Made by a program: the position numbers and the translations under genes. A DNA stretch of 39,609 bases, from positions 1 through 39,609 of the forward strand of contig JAGVQB010000047.1 of NCBI GenBank assembly GCA_020051955.1, given 5' to 3'. Of the stretch, positions 1 through 8,639 are shown one piece after another. The notes beneath the pieces were generated by a model. The model searched no databases, was not told where the DNA came from, and saw nothing but the letters and a program-made list of their open reading frames with translations. This DNA is from a bacterium. Its GTDB lineage: Bacteria; Patescibacteriota; Patescibacteriia; UBA9934; GWF2-40-263. The first letter of the stretch is position 1. Each line of letters starts with the position of its first letter.

Positions 1-20
1 GCCGTAACCAGATATGCCGT

Positions 21-99
21 GTTATGTGATGTGCATGTTTTACTTTAATCCCGATAGCAATCGGGATTGCTCTAAAAAAGAATTTTAATTTTGTTTTTT
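21..99. repeat. Left inverted repeat (putative recombination-site arm) of the RM/Shedu cassette
   Basis: 21-46 GTTATGTGATGTGCATGTTTTACTTT matches the reverse complement of 5955-5980 at 24/26. 69-99 matches the reverse complement of 5910-5940 at 30/31. A palindrome AATCCCGAT-AGCA-ATCGGGATT (47-68) sits between the two blocks. Confidence 0.9.
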
Positions 100-205
100 G
101 TTTTGGATTTTGGGCAGAGGGGTTAGGGGTGAATGCCCAAAATCCAAAACTCCTTATTCTGTTTGAGGGAGGGGCAAGAGGGGAACTAAAGGGGTGAATT
201 GCCCC
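100..205. other. Two tandem hairpins with related G-rich loops downstream of res
   Basis: Perfect 17-bp stem 100-116/134-150 with loop GAGGGGTTAGGGGTGAA. 7-bp stem 171-177/199-205 with loop GAGGGGAACTAAAGGGGTGAA. Confidence 0.75.
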
Positions 206-219
206 GACCGAAAACTTCC

Positions 220-2913
220 CTATCTGTTTTCAATTAACTGTTTTTCAAACACTTCTTCAAACTTTTCACGCAAAGTACTATTGACTTGTCCTTCGTTGAA
301 GAAAGGCAAACCAATCAAACGAAAATCCTTATTTTCTATCTTCAAATCAACTGTATGACTTTTTTCAATTTCAATCAAAAGTTTCTGTTTCCAACCTTCT
401 TTTGATTGCTCAAAAGTATTTTGCGCGTCCAAAAATTGATCACCTTTCGGCTCAACAAAAATCTGATACATAACTTCTTGCTTTGTCTTCTTCTCTGTCA
501 GAAACAAAACGAAATCTGGATAAAATGGCTCGCCGTTTTCATAGCTGTAAATTTTGAAAAACTGTTCATTGCGGAGTAAGGCAATGTCTTGATATTTTTT
601 CTTTAACTTTGTTATTGCCTCATCAATAAAGCGCAAAAATGATTCTTCCTCGCTCGTTCCCCGGATTTCGTTTTGAGCAAACCAATCCCGAGAAGAAAAA
701 TCAAAATCTCGCATATTTTGCGCTCGCGGACTTTCGCTATCTAATTGCAATACCTTGTCACTTTCAAATATTTTTTGGATCAAATGAGCTTTGAATTCCT
801 TTGTTCCGTAGTATTCCTTTTTCTCTTTGCCAGCGATTTCCAGCACTTTATCAATCACAAATCCGGCAATATTCAATTTTTCAATCTGCAAAAGATTTTC
901 AACCTGCTCGCTTGTGCCTTTCACCTTGATTTTTATTCCGCCAAGATATTTTTCATTTAAAATAAAATCTTTTGTGGATTCTATATTGCCGAATATCTTT
1001 TTTAGCTCATTAAATCGTCCGGCAGGCATTTTTGCCAAAGCGGTGCGGACAATATGTGTTCCCAAATCAGCAATTTTATAATCCCGAATTTCTATTTTTG
1101 CTTTTACTCCGGCGCCAGCCCCCGCAACAAACAAATCTTTTTCTATGGCTTCTCGCGTTGGTAGTTGAAAGATGTTTATTTCAGCATTGTGGTCAAATTC
1201 CGCTTTGGCGTCCGAGAGCGCAAAAACATCCTTTCCTAAATTTTCCTTGCGAGAATTTAAGAAAATATAACCTTTCTTCCAAAAATCACTGTTTTTAAAA
1301 TCACCTTTGATTTTGATCTCTTTTTGTACTGTTCGCGACGGCATAATACCTTCACGAACCAAAACACTTTCCAATTCTTGAATATAGCGAGGATTCGTTA
1401 CGCTGTGATAATAAAGCTGTTCCAAAATCCGAAGTTCGTTTTGTATGTCGGTATCAAATTTTCGCCTATATGCGTCCGTAAATTCGCCGAGCGTAAATGG
1501 ATAATATCTAGCGCCTCGTCCGATAAGTTGCGCCTCTTGCACAGTTGTTTTACCCGGTTTATTGCTTTTGGCGTCACGGCTGTTATACAAACGGACAATG
1601 TCAAAAAGATTTAAAACATCCCAACCCTCATTTAATTTTTCTGTTGCAAAAATAGCGCGGATTTCATTGTTTTGATCTTCCAACGAATTAAGTAAAATTT
1701 GTTTTTGCTCTAAATCTTTATCTTCATCAACCGTCAAGCATTTTTCCGGTGCAAAATCGCTTTTAATTTCTGCCACTAAATCCGCGAGAGTAATTTTTTG
1801 CTCATTGAAAAATTCAAATGCTTTTTGCAATGTCGCGTCTTTAATTGCCGTTTGCTGTTTTAGGTGTTTTTCGCCGAGTTCAGAAATAAGTTTGTGAAAA
1901 GAATCTTTGAAAATACTTGAAACGACAATTTGCGGATTATGTTCTTTTGATATTCCTTCTTTCGGAATACTTACTCTGTTAGCTTTGAACATAACCACGG
2001 GCTTTAGTGCGATTTTATACTTTTCTGCCACCTTACGGCGATATTGTGAAATAATCACCGCCGAAAGCGCGCGTTCCATAATCGGCGCGTTTATTTGTAA
2101 AGTTCGCACATCTTTTGAAAACCCGTCCAAGCGATATTCTTTCAGATCATAGCGATAAATTGCTTTGTCTTTATACTTTTCCAAAATTTCCGGATATTCC
2201 TGCTCCAAACGAGCCGTCGCCGTAAATTCCAAAAGCACATTATCCTTTTGGCTGTTGGCGTTCAAAATCCGCATCACTGTATTTTCCCAATTGCGTCGGT
2301 CTTCTTCTTCGGTTTTGCTTATCTTGGCATTTGTTTCCGCGGATAGATTATGCGCTTCATCCGCAATCAAAACAATTTTCTTGTCCTCAAAATCTTCATA
2401 AGTCAAAACATTTTCGCGAGCGAAATTAAAGCGAGAATGCAAAAGCGCAGTCGTGGAAAAGATAATATTTATATCGTCGTCATTTACTCCTTCAAAATTA
2501 TCCACCTCTTTGATTTTTATTTCCTGTCCGCCAAGTGAAATTTTATCGGCAAATAAATACTTTTTAGAATTCGGATCAAGAAAATTGGCCTTGGTCTTTT
2601 GGATAATGTTGCCAAGGCGAGTAAAAAAAATGAAATTGCGGTATCCCTTTTGATAAAAATACAAAAAATTGGCGGACATGATGAGCGTCTTGCCCGAGCC
2701 GGTCGCCATATTAAACATCAAATGAATCGGTTTTTGTTTTTGGTGGTATTCCTCAACATAATAATAAAAACGCCCCAGCGCTTCTTTTTGGTATTCGCGC
2801 GCCGGAAAAGCCGGATTTAGATTTTTCAAAATATCCGTTTTTTCCGTCGCCTTGTTTTTGAAAACATCAGCACCGGCAAAGTTTTTATATGAGTTAAATT
2901 CGTCGTATAACAT
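220..2913 (-). CDS. res: Type III restriction-modification system restriction (Res) subunit, SF2 helicase plus C-terminal PD-(D/E)xK nuclease
   Basis: Motifs MATGSGKT (I), DEAH (II), TAT (III), LNEGWDV (V), QLIGRGAR (VI); C-terminal YPDFVLF...VEPKG; same strand as and downstream of mod. Confidence 0.92.
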   Translation of the reverse strand: MLYDEFNSYKNFAGADVFKNKATEKTDILKNLNPAFPAREYQKEALGRFYYYVEEYHQKQKPIHLMFNMATGSGKTLIMSANFLYFYQKGYRNFIFFTRLGNIIQKTKANFLDPNSKKYLFADKISLGGQEIKIKEVDNFEGVNDDDINIIFSTTALLHSRFNFARENVLTYEDFEDKKIVLIADEAHNLSAETNAKISKTEEEDRRNWENTVMRILNANSQKDNVLLEFTATARLEQEYPEILEKYKDKAIYRYDLKEYRLDGFSKDVRTLQINAPIMERALSAVIISQYRRKVAEKYKIALKPVVMFKANRVSIPKEGISKEHNPQIVVSSIFKDSFHKLISELGEKHLKQQTAIKDATLQKAFEFFNEQKITLADLVAEIKSDFAPEKCLTVDEDKDLEQKQILLNSLEDQNNEIRAIFATEKLNEGWDVLNLFDIVRLYNSRDAKSNKPGKTTVQEAQLIGRGARYYPFTLGEFTDAYRRKFDTDIQNELRILEQLYYHSVTNPRYIQELESVLVREGIMPSRTVQKEIKIKGDFKNSDFWKKGYIFLNSRKENLGKDVFALSDAKAEFDHNAEINIFQLPTREAIEKDLFVAGAGAGVKAKIEIRDYKIADLGTHIVRTALAKMPAGRFNELKKIFGNIESTKDFILNEKYLGGIKIKVKGTSEQVENLLQIEKLNIAGFVIDKVLEIAGKEKKEYYGTKEFKAHLIQKIFESDKVLQLDSESPRAQNMRDFDFSSRDWFAQNEIRGTSEEESFLRFIDEAITKLKKKYQDIALLRNEQFFKIYSYENGEPFYPDFVLFLTEKKTKQEVMYQIFVEPKGDQFLDAQNTFEQSKEGWKQKLLIEIEKSHTVDLKIENKDFRLIGLPFFNEGQVNSTLREKFEEVFEKQLIENR

Positions 2914-2914
2914 A

Positions 2915-3955
2915 TTATTCTTTTAATAAGCTCAAAAATGTCTGTATTCTTCCAAATAATTCATCGAAGGTTATGATTTCAACCTCTTTAGAGAAAGACC
3001 GATACAATTCAAAAGATTTTTTCTCATCATTGTTTTGTAAGTTTTTTATTTTACCAATAACTAAAATACATTTGGCATTATGTAAAAATTTTCCATTATT
3101 ATCACCATGGGTATTTATATAGATTTTTCTTTGATTTAAAACTTGATTTATTCCGCCGGTCAATTCGTCGCTCATACTAAAAATAACATTGTCTTTTCCG
3201 TCCTCGTCTCCGCGATATTTACTGCCAACAATTTTTGTTTCTGGTGTTTTTATTTCAATAAAAGCTAAATTACCCGTAAGATCATTTTTATACAATAAAT
3301 CACCTTTTACGCCCCCCTTATCGTCGTCTTCTTTCCCTCCACAATAAAATTTTTTTCCTATCAATATGAATGGACAAGAAAATATTTGAGATAATATCCA
3401 TGTATGATTCTGGAATAACTGTTGCCAAAATTCCTCGTTATTATTACCTATGTTGTCATTCCAATTTTTTATGATGTCTTCTAAACGCGCAACACTAACC
3501 AAGGAATCAATATTTTTTAGCTTATTTTGATTTAAGTGTTTGATAAATGAAAAATCAATTTCTTCCGGATTATCAATAATTACTTTTTTCTTTTCAATCT
3601 TTTGTCCGATTGCATGATATTGTGCATTAAGAAATTCTGTTAATTTTTTAACAGCTTCTCCATTACCAGCATCGATTTTCATCGACTGAAAATCGCCATG
3701 AAAATGATCCTCTGCTTCATCAACTACAGCCTCCCATGCGTCAGTGGTCTTTTTTCTTTTATATTTGTTTAATTTCAAATCAAAATGGTGAATTGTTCCG
3801 TCTTTCTTGGGAATATGAAAAGCATGAGCGATTATTGTAGTAAAATCTGTTTTATAAATTACTTGTCTTGAAACACCAAAACCTCTTGATTTAGCGTCAA
3901 TAGAAATTGCCTCAATTTCATCGTTTAGTTTTACATCAAAATTATTTTGATCCAT
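2915..3955 (-). CDS. Shedu-like (DUF4263) anti-phage nuclease with unassigned N-terminal domain
   Basis: C-terminal half NEEFWQQLFQNHTWIL...GDLL...FIEIKTP...ELTGGINQV...CILVIG...SFELYR...VEIITFDEL follows the DUF4263/SduA PD-(D/E)xK pattern. Confidence 0.85.
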   Translation of the reverse strand: MDQNNFDVKLNDEIEAISIDAKSRGFGVSRQVIYKTDFTTIIAHAFHIPKKDGTIHHFDLKLNKYKRKKTTDAWEAVVDEAEDHFHGDFQSMKIDAGNGEAVKKLTEFLNAQYHAIGQKIEKKKVIIDNPEEIDFSFIKHLNQNKLKNIDSLVSVARLEDIIKNWNDNIGNNNEEFWQQLFQNHTWILSQIFSCPFILIGKKFYCGGKEDDDKGGVKGDLLYKNDLTGNLAFIEIKTPETKIVGSKYRGDEDGKDNVIFSMSDELTGGINQVLNQRKIYINTHGDNNGKFLHNAKCILVIGKIKNLQNNDEKKSFELYRSFSKEVEIITFDELFGRIQTFLSLLKE

Positions 3956-5798
3956 AAAAATTCTCGTTTAACTCTTTGTCTTTCTTACTTACTCCGTACT
4001 CTTTGTCTTCAATCTCGCTCAAATTGACATAAAGCTGATTTTTATCCAAACATGCAATCAAAAACTTTTTTTGATCGGCAATACTCAAATCCTCAAAATC
4101 TTTGGCGTTGGCGACAATCATTTCCGGCTTTACTTTATAGCTCAAAAATGCGGTTTCTTTCATTTCGTCCCAAAGTTTAGCGAGTTCTTTTCCTGTTTTT
4201 GTATCGCGAATATTTTCTATCCATTCCTCGTTCCATTTAGCGAGTTCCATATAAACAAAATCCCCGCCACCTTTCCAATTTACATCTTTTGAAATTCCAC
4301 CCTGATCGCCAGCGATAACCTCTTTCAATCTCGCTTCCGGCAGATCATGAATGTAATCCATTTGCTCAATACCGATATATTGCCGACCTGTCTTGTGTGC
4401 GGTCGCTAATGTAGTGCCCGTACCCGCAAAAAAATCTAACACCAAATCGTTATTGTCTATTGTTAAATCAAAAATTCTTTGTAAAAGTTTTTCTGGCTTT
4501 TGTCCGGAGAATCCCGTGTCTTCACTTTTACTCCTATTCATGTTTCCGATATCTCCCCACAAGTTATCTATCTGTTTTCCAATTTTCAGTCTTTCATTCA
4601 GATAATATTTTTCTCTAATAGTTTTATCGGTAATATATAATCTTCCTTCCTTTTCTTTCGCTTTTAATTTTTCTTTCGTCATTCTCCATCCTTTTGCTGG
4701 ACATTTCCAAATCCTTCCCTTGTTGTCTTTATAATCGTAAGTTGTTTGCGGACCAGGACCACCTGTTTTTTGCAGACTAACGGTTGTGTACTTACCTTTT
4801 CCGTCATTATCGTCCTTATTAAACGAAGCTATATCGATCTCGGTTAATTCTTTTGTAATGTTATTTATTCCGGAACTTGGATTTTTTGAGTAAAACAAAA
4901 TTGTATCAATATTCCAAGGTAAATTTTTACTTATAGTTTTACCCGCATATGTTCTATGCCAGTATATTGAATTTCTATAATTATCTCTTCCAAAAATATC
5001 ATCTAACAAAACTTTCAGATATGCTTGTTCGCTATCGTCGCATTGCACAAAAATAAAACCATCATCCCTCAATAAAGTTTTTGCAACTTCTAATCTATTC
5101 TTCATAAATACCAACCACGAGGAGTGATTGAAAGAATCGTTATAATTAAAACCATCGTTTCCCGTATTATATGGCGGGTCAATGTAAATCAATTTTACTT
5201 TTCCGGAGAATTCTTTTTTGAGCGAGGCGAGGGCGAGTAAGTTATTGCCTTTAATAATCAAATTATCTTTGATCGTTCCTTTTTCATCGCGATTGAAGCC
5301 GTCCAGTTTGTGTTCGCCTTTTTTGTCTATCCGCTTAAAATTGGTAAAAACTTTGGCGTCTAGCAAGCGATTGATGTCGTCCGGCGCCAACGTTTCGTTA
5401 TAAAAAATCTCGTCTCTTTTTTGGTCTTCCTTGGTCATTCCGCCTTCCAAAACACAATCTTTATATGGCCAAGTTAAAACAATTTCTTTGTTTTCGCTCA
5501 CATATTCATCGCCAGCAGTTAAGCCGATTTTGTTCTTAAAAGCGGTATAAGAATCCGGCAGAAATTGTTTATTGGAAACAAAACGGATAAATTTCTCTTT
5601 ATCAAAAATCAACGTCTTTTCTACTTCAAAAAAGAAGTGTTGCTTGATCGCTTTTTCGGAAAGCAAAAGTTTTATAAGTTCAGGGTCATTTTTTCGTGCC
5701 AATTCCTGTGTTTGGTTTTTTAAAAGTACGCCGTCTTGCGAAACAAGGCGTTCGTCTTTTTTTAATAAATCTGTTAACTGTTCAAATATGTTTTTCAT
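3942..5798 (-). CDS. mod: Type III RM DNA methyltransferase (Mod), beta-class N6-adenine MTase
   Basis: NLIIKGNNLLAL, then catalytic YIDPPYN preceding SAM-binding LDFFAGTGTT, with a variable target-recognition region between them. Confidence 0.93.
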   Translation of the reverse strand: MKNIFEQLTDLLKKDERLVSQDGVLLKNQTQELARKNDPELIKLLLSEKAIKQHFFFEVEKTLIFDKEKFIRFVSNKQFLPDSYTAFKNKIGLTAGDEYVSENKEIVLTWPYKDCVLEGGMTKEDQKRDEIFYNETLAPDDINRLLDAKVFTNFKRIDKKGEHKLDGFNRDEKGTIKDNLIIKGNNLLALASLKKEFSGKVKLIYIDPPYNTGNDGFNYNDSFNHSSWLVFMKNRLEVAKTLLRDDGFIFVQCDDSEQAYLKVLLDDIFGRDNYRNSIYWHRTYAGKTISKNLPWNIDTILFYSKNPSSGINNITKELTEIDIASFNKDDNDGKGKYTTVSLQKTGGPGPQTTYDYKDNKGRIWKCPAKGWRMTKEKLKAKEKEGRLYITDKTIREKYYLNERLKIGKQIDNLWGDIGNMNRSKSEDTGFSGQKPEKLLQRIFDLTIDNNDLVLDFFAGTGTTLATAHKTGRQYIGIEQMDYIHDLPEARLKEVIAGDQGGISKDVNWKGGGDFVYMELAKWNEEWIENIRDTKTGKELAKLWDEMKETAFLSYKVKPEMIVANAKDFEDLSIADQKKFLIACLDKNQLYVNLSEIEDKEYGVSKKDKELNENFYGSK

Positions 5799-5909
5799 AG
5801 TTTTTAGTTTCGTAAATCAAGTTATTAATATTGTATTCGTTTTCCCCTTATAAATAAATCGTTTTCGTAGCGGAGCGGAGAAAACACCTTATACCCCTTT
5901 CTAATAAAT

Positions 5910-5980
5910 AAAAAACAAAATTCAAATTCTTTTTTAGAGCTGGGCGATAGCCCAAAAGTAAAACATGCATTTCACATAAC
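5910..5980. repeat. Right inverted repeat of the RM/Shedu cassette, ending in CACATAAC
   Basis: Reverse complement of 21-99 except that the internal palindrome is TGGGC-GATA-GCCCA (5941-5954). Confidence 0.9.
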
Positions 5981-5993
5981 TGGTTTTTATACG

Positions 5994-6045
5994 AACTGTT
6001 TTCGGATACACACACGTATTCGTTGTGTATCTGATGTGGACAGTT
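5994..6045. other. Imperfect hairpin between cassette end and recombinase (candidate att-site structure)
   Basis: AACTGT(5994-5999)/ACAGTT(6040-6045) outer stem; TCGGATACACA(6002-6012)/TGTGTATCTGA(6024-6034) inner stem, a single bulged C, then ACG-TATT-CGT. Confidence 0.55.
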
Positions 6046-6092
6046 TAGCATTGACAGAAGTTAAAAAACAAGTAAATATTAATAGCAGAAAT

Positions 6093-6131
6093 AACCTCCC
6101 CTCTATCTTAAGAGCTGGGAGGTTTTTGTTT
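6093..6131 (+). terminator. Intrinsic terminator-like hairpin in the recombinase leader
   Basis: AACCTCCC(6093-6100)/GGGAGGTT(6117-6124) with inner CTCT/AGAG, followed by TTTGTTT; TTGACA at 6051-6056 lies upstream. Confidence 0.5.
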
Positions 6132-6155
6132 AATTCACTTTAGTTACTAATTTTT

Positions 6156-6992
6156 ATGGCAAATATTCAATTTCATAATTTGGATCAAGCGTTTCTGGAA
6201 CTCGAGAGGGTTCTCACTCTTAGAAACTATAGTCGTGCAACCTGTAAAAGCTACAGAGGATGTCTTTTGCGTTTCCTGCAGACGCATCCAGATGAGATGA
6301 ACAAACCAAATAAAACGTCGATTGAGAATTTTCTGCTTGATCTGTATGGAAAAAATTCTTCTGCGCAGACAGTGACATCATACCTACAAGCGATTCAGTT
6401 CTATTACCGTGAGGTAATCGGTGTGAATATTGACCTGCAGATCAAAACACCCAGGCGGCCATCTCGGCTTCCTGTTACATTGAGCCACAAGGAAATTGAA
6501 AGGATTCTATCAAACGTTTCGAACGATAAGCACCGCACTATGATTGCGCTTGCGTACGGATCGGGACTTCGCGTGTCTGAACTTACAGATTTGCGCGCGG
6601 GAAGCATAGATTTTGACGAAGGCGTCATATATGTCTATCAGGGGAAAGGTAAAAAGGATCGAATCACGCTTTTGCCGCAGGTAATCATTAAGGAGTTGCG
6701 AAAAAGTACAGCAGGCAAATGTCCGAACGACTATCTATTTGAGAGTGAACGTGGAGGCAGACTCTCATCACGCTCGATACAAAAAGTATTTTCACACTCT
6801 TTAAAAGTTTCGGAAATAAAAAAGCCAGCGACCTTTCATTCACTTCGGCATAGTTTTGCAACGCATATTCTCGAACAGGGAACGGATTTGCGATTTATTC
6901 AAAAACTTCTTGGACACTCGAATATTCGAACGACACAACGCTATACACACGTCTCGACCGCATCACTTCGTGCGATTCAGAGCCCGCTATGA
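6156..6992 (+). CDS. Tyrosine recombinase, integron-integrase-like/XerD-like
   Basis: N-terminal LRNYSRATCKSY SAM-like domain; full catalytic set R (GLRVSE), K (GKGKKDR), HxxR (HSLRH), H (LLGH), Y (TTQRYTH). There is no obvious IntI-specific insertion between YLF and HSLRH. Confidence 0.9.
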   Translation: MANIQFHNLDQAFLELERVLTLRNYSRATCKSYRGCLLRFLQTHPDEMNKPNKTSIENFLLDLYGKNSSAQTVTSYLQAIQFYYREVIGVNIDLQIKTPRRPSRLPVTLSHKEIERILSNVSNDKHRTMIALAYGSGLRVSELTDLRAGSIDFDEGVIYVYQGKGKKDRITLLPQVIIKELRKSTAGKCPNDYLFESERGGRLSSRSIQKVFSHSLKVSEIKKPATFHSLRHSFATHILEQGTDLRFIQKLLGHSNIRTTQRYTHVSTASLRAIQSPL

Positions 6993-7202
6993 TGTCATTA
7001 GCGGTTGTCTCCGTTAGTTACATAACAACCCTGACCCCTCCATGCGGGATAACCACCCCCGACCCCTCCTTAAAAAGATTTCTATTACATCTTCTCTTCT
7101 CTCCACTTCCCAACCTCGATAACCTTGATTCCCTCGCAAACCTTGTAGCTTCTGTACCAATATATTTTCATTCCCCCACAATTTTGATAGGATGATCCTA
7201 CT

Positions 7203-8639
7203 GTGAGCATTGATGTTGCAAGAAATACAGCATTTCTAACAACAGCTTCCGTTGGGCAAAAGATAATAGCTTTTGTCTATTTTTTGTTTCTCGCGCGAGT
7301 GATGATGCCAGAGGCGACTGGTCAATATTTTTTGGCGGTTTCGATTACGGTCATTTTCACCGTGTTCGCGGACATGGGGATTACGCCTGTCATTATCCGC
7401 GAGGTGGCAAAACAGCCGTCTCGCGCTCGCGACCTTTTATCTCACGCCATTTCTCTCAAGATCCCGCTGATTATTTTTTCAATGTGCGGTGCGATATTCA
7501 CCGCGATGGCGCTTGGGTATGATCCGCTGATTGTAAAGTTGGTTGCTCTGGCGACTTTTGTTCTCGCGCTGGACACGACACATCTTTTGTTTTACGGAGT
7601 TCTGCGCGGCTTTCAACAGTTGAGATTTGAATCACTGGGTGTTTGTGTTGGCCAGCTTGCGACAGGAGTAATCGGTGGCCTGATACTCTGGCTACATCCA
7701 TCGCTAACTTTGCTTGTTGTAGCGCTCATATCAGGCTCGACAATGAACGTTCTTATTTCAAGCTCGAAGGTTGTAAAATTACTTGGCGCGCGCGCCCTAT
7801 TGCCGCGATGGCAACGTGCTGACACGAAGTGGATTATCAAAAGCGCTATCCCGTTCGCGCTCTCTTCAATTTTTGTTAAGGTCTATTCTTATGTTGATTC
7901 AATTTTGATTTCAAAATTCTTAGACGTAACAGCGGTCGGGATTTATAGTGTTGCGTATCGGTTCACTTACGCGTTTCAGTTTTTGCCACTCGCGTTTGTC
8001 GCGGCTTTGTACCCTGGCATGAGCGCTGTGGTAGGGAAGGACGAGGGGGCGCTCAAGCGAATATTTTTGCGGGGCATGTGGTACGTTGCGCTGTTGTGCG
8101 CGCCACTTGTGTTTGGCATTTGGGCTGTCGCGCCTGAAATGGTTCTGCTCGTGGGTGATGGCTATGCGAGCGCCGCACCAGTTCTTGGTGTGCTGGTTTT
8201 TGTCCTGATTCCAATTTTTTTGGATTTTCCAGTTGGCTCTCTTCTCAACGCGTCGGGTCATCAATCAGTGAAAACAGCAATCATGGGCGTTACGATGATA
8301 ATCAATGGCGCGCTGAATTGGATTCTTATTCCACGTCTTGGAATTATTGGAGCCGCGTACTCGGCGCTGGCGTGTTTTTCTTTTATGCTAATTGCAGGCT
8401 TGTGTTTTGTGCCGAGGATACTTCCGACCTTCCGATATTTTGTCTTGCTTAAATCGCTGTTCCCGATTTTTCTAAGCGGTGGGTTGATGCTGTTGGTTGT
8501 CGTGTATCTAAAACCGATCACTGGTTGGTATGCTGTTATTCCTGTTGGCGCCGTTGTGTATCTTGTATCCTTGTTTCTTACACGCGCGGTTAATCGTGAT
8601 GACATAGCCCTATTCCGCAAAAGTTTTAGACGTTTATGA
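7203..8639 (+). CDS. Wzx/MOP-family oligosaccharide flippase
   Basis: About 12-14 hydrophobic segments; VARNTAFLT start, DMGI..IIREVAK, DSILISKF...VGIYSVAY; first gene of a glycosyltransferase cluster. Confidence 0.88.
   Translation: MSIDVARNTAFLTTASVGQKIIAFVYFLFLARVMMPEATGQYFLAVSITVIFTVFADMGITPVIIREVAKQPSRARDLLSHAISLKIPLIIFSMCGAIFTAMALGYDPLIVKLVALATFVLALDTTHLLFYGVLRGFQQLRFESLGVCVGQLATGVIGGLILWLHPSLTLLVVALISGSTMNVLISSSKVVKLLGARALLPRWQRADTKWIIKSAIPFALSSIFVKVYSYVDSILISKFLDVTAVGIYSVAYRFTYAFQFLPLAFVAALYPGMSAVVGKDEGALKRIFLRGMWYVALLCAPLVFGIWAVAPEMVLLVGDGYASAAPVLGVLVFVLIPIFLDFPVGSLLNASGHQSVKTAIMGVTMIINGALNWILIPRLGIIGAAYSALACFSFMLIAGLCFVPRILPTFRYFVLLKSLFPIFLSGGLMLLVVVYLKPITGWYAVIPVGAVVYLVSLFLTRAVNRDDIALFRKSFRRL

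Noticed and set aside
1-220. CRISPR array or tRNA at the island end
   Set aside because: The repeats are inverted and not regularly spaced, and no cloverleaf is evident.
3942-5798. Phase-variable simple repeats in mod (phasevarion)
   Set aside because: No tandem repeat tract seen; only short A/T runs expected in AT-rich DNA, and the frame is intact.
5848-6051. 67-aa minus-strand ORF upstream of mod
   Set aside because: It runs across the right inverted repeat and the hairpin, has a TTG start and shows no protein-like features.
6156-6992. Calling the recombinase intI or xerD
   Set aside because: It lacks the obvious IntI insertion and no canonical attC can be verified inside the window; nothing shows it is the housekeeping Xer either.
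6989-7195. 68-aa ORF after the recombinase
   Set aside because: Low-complexity C/T-rich intergenic sequence with short repeats and no recognisable domain.
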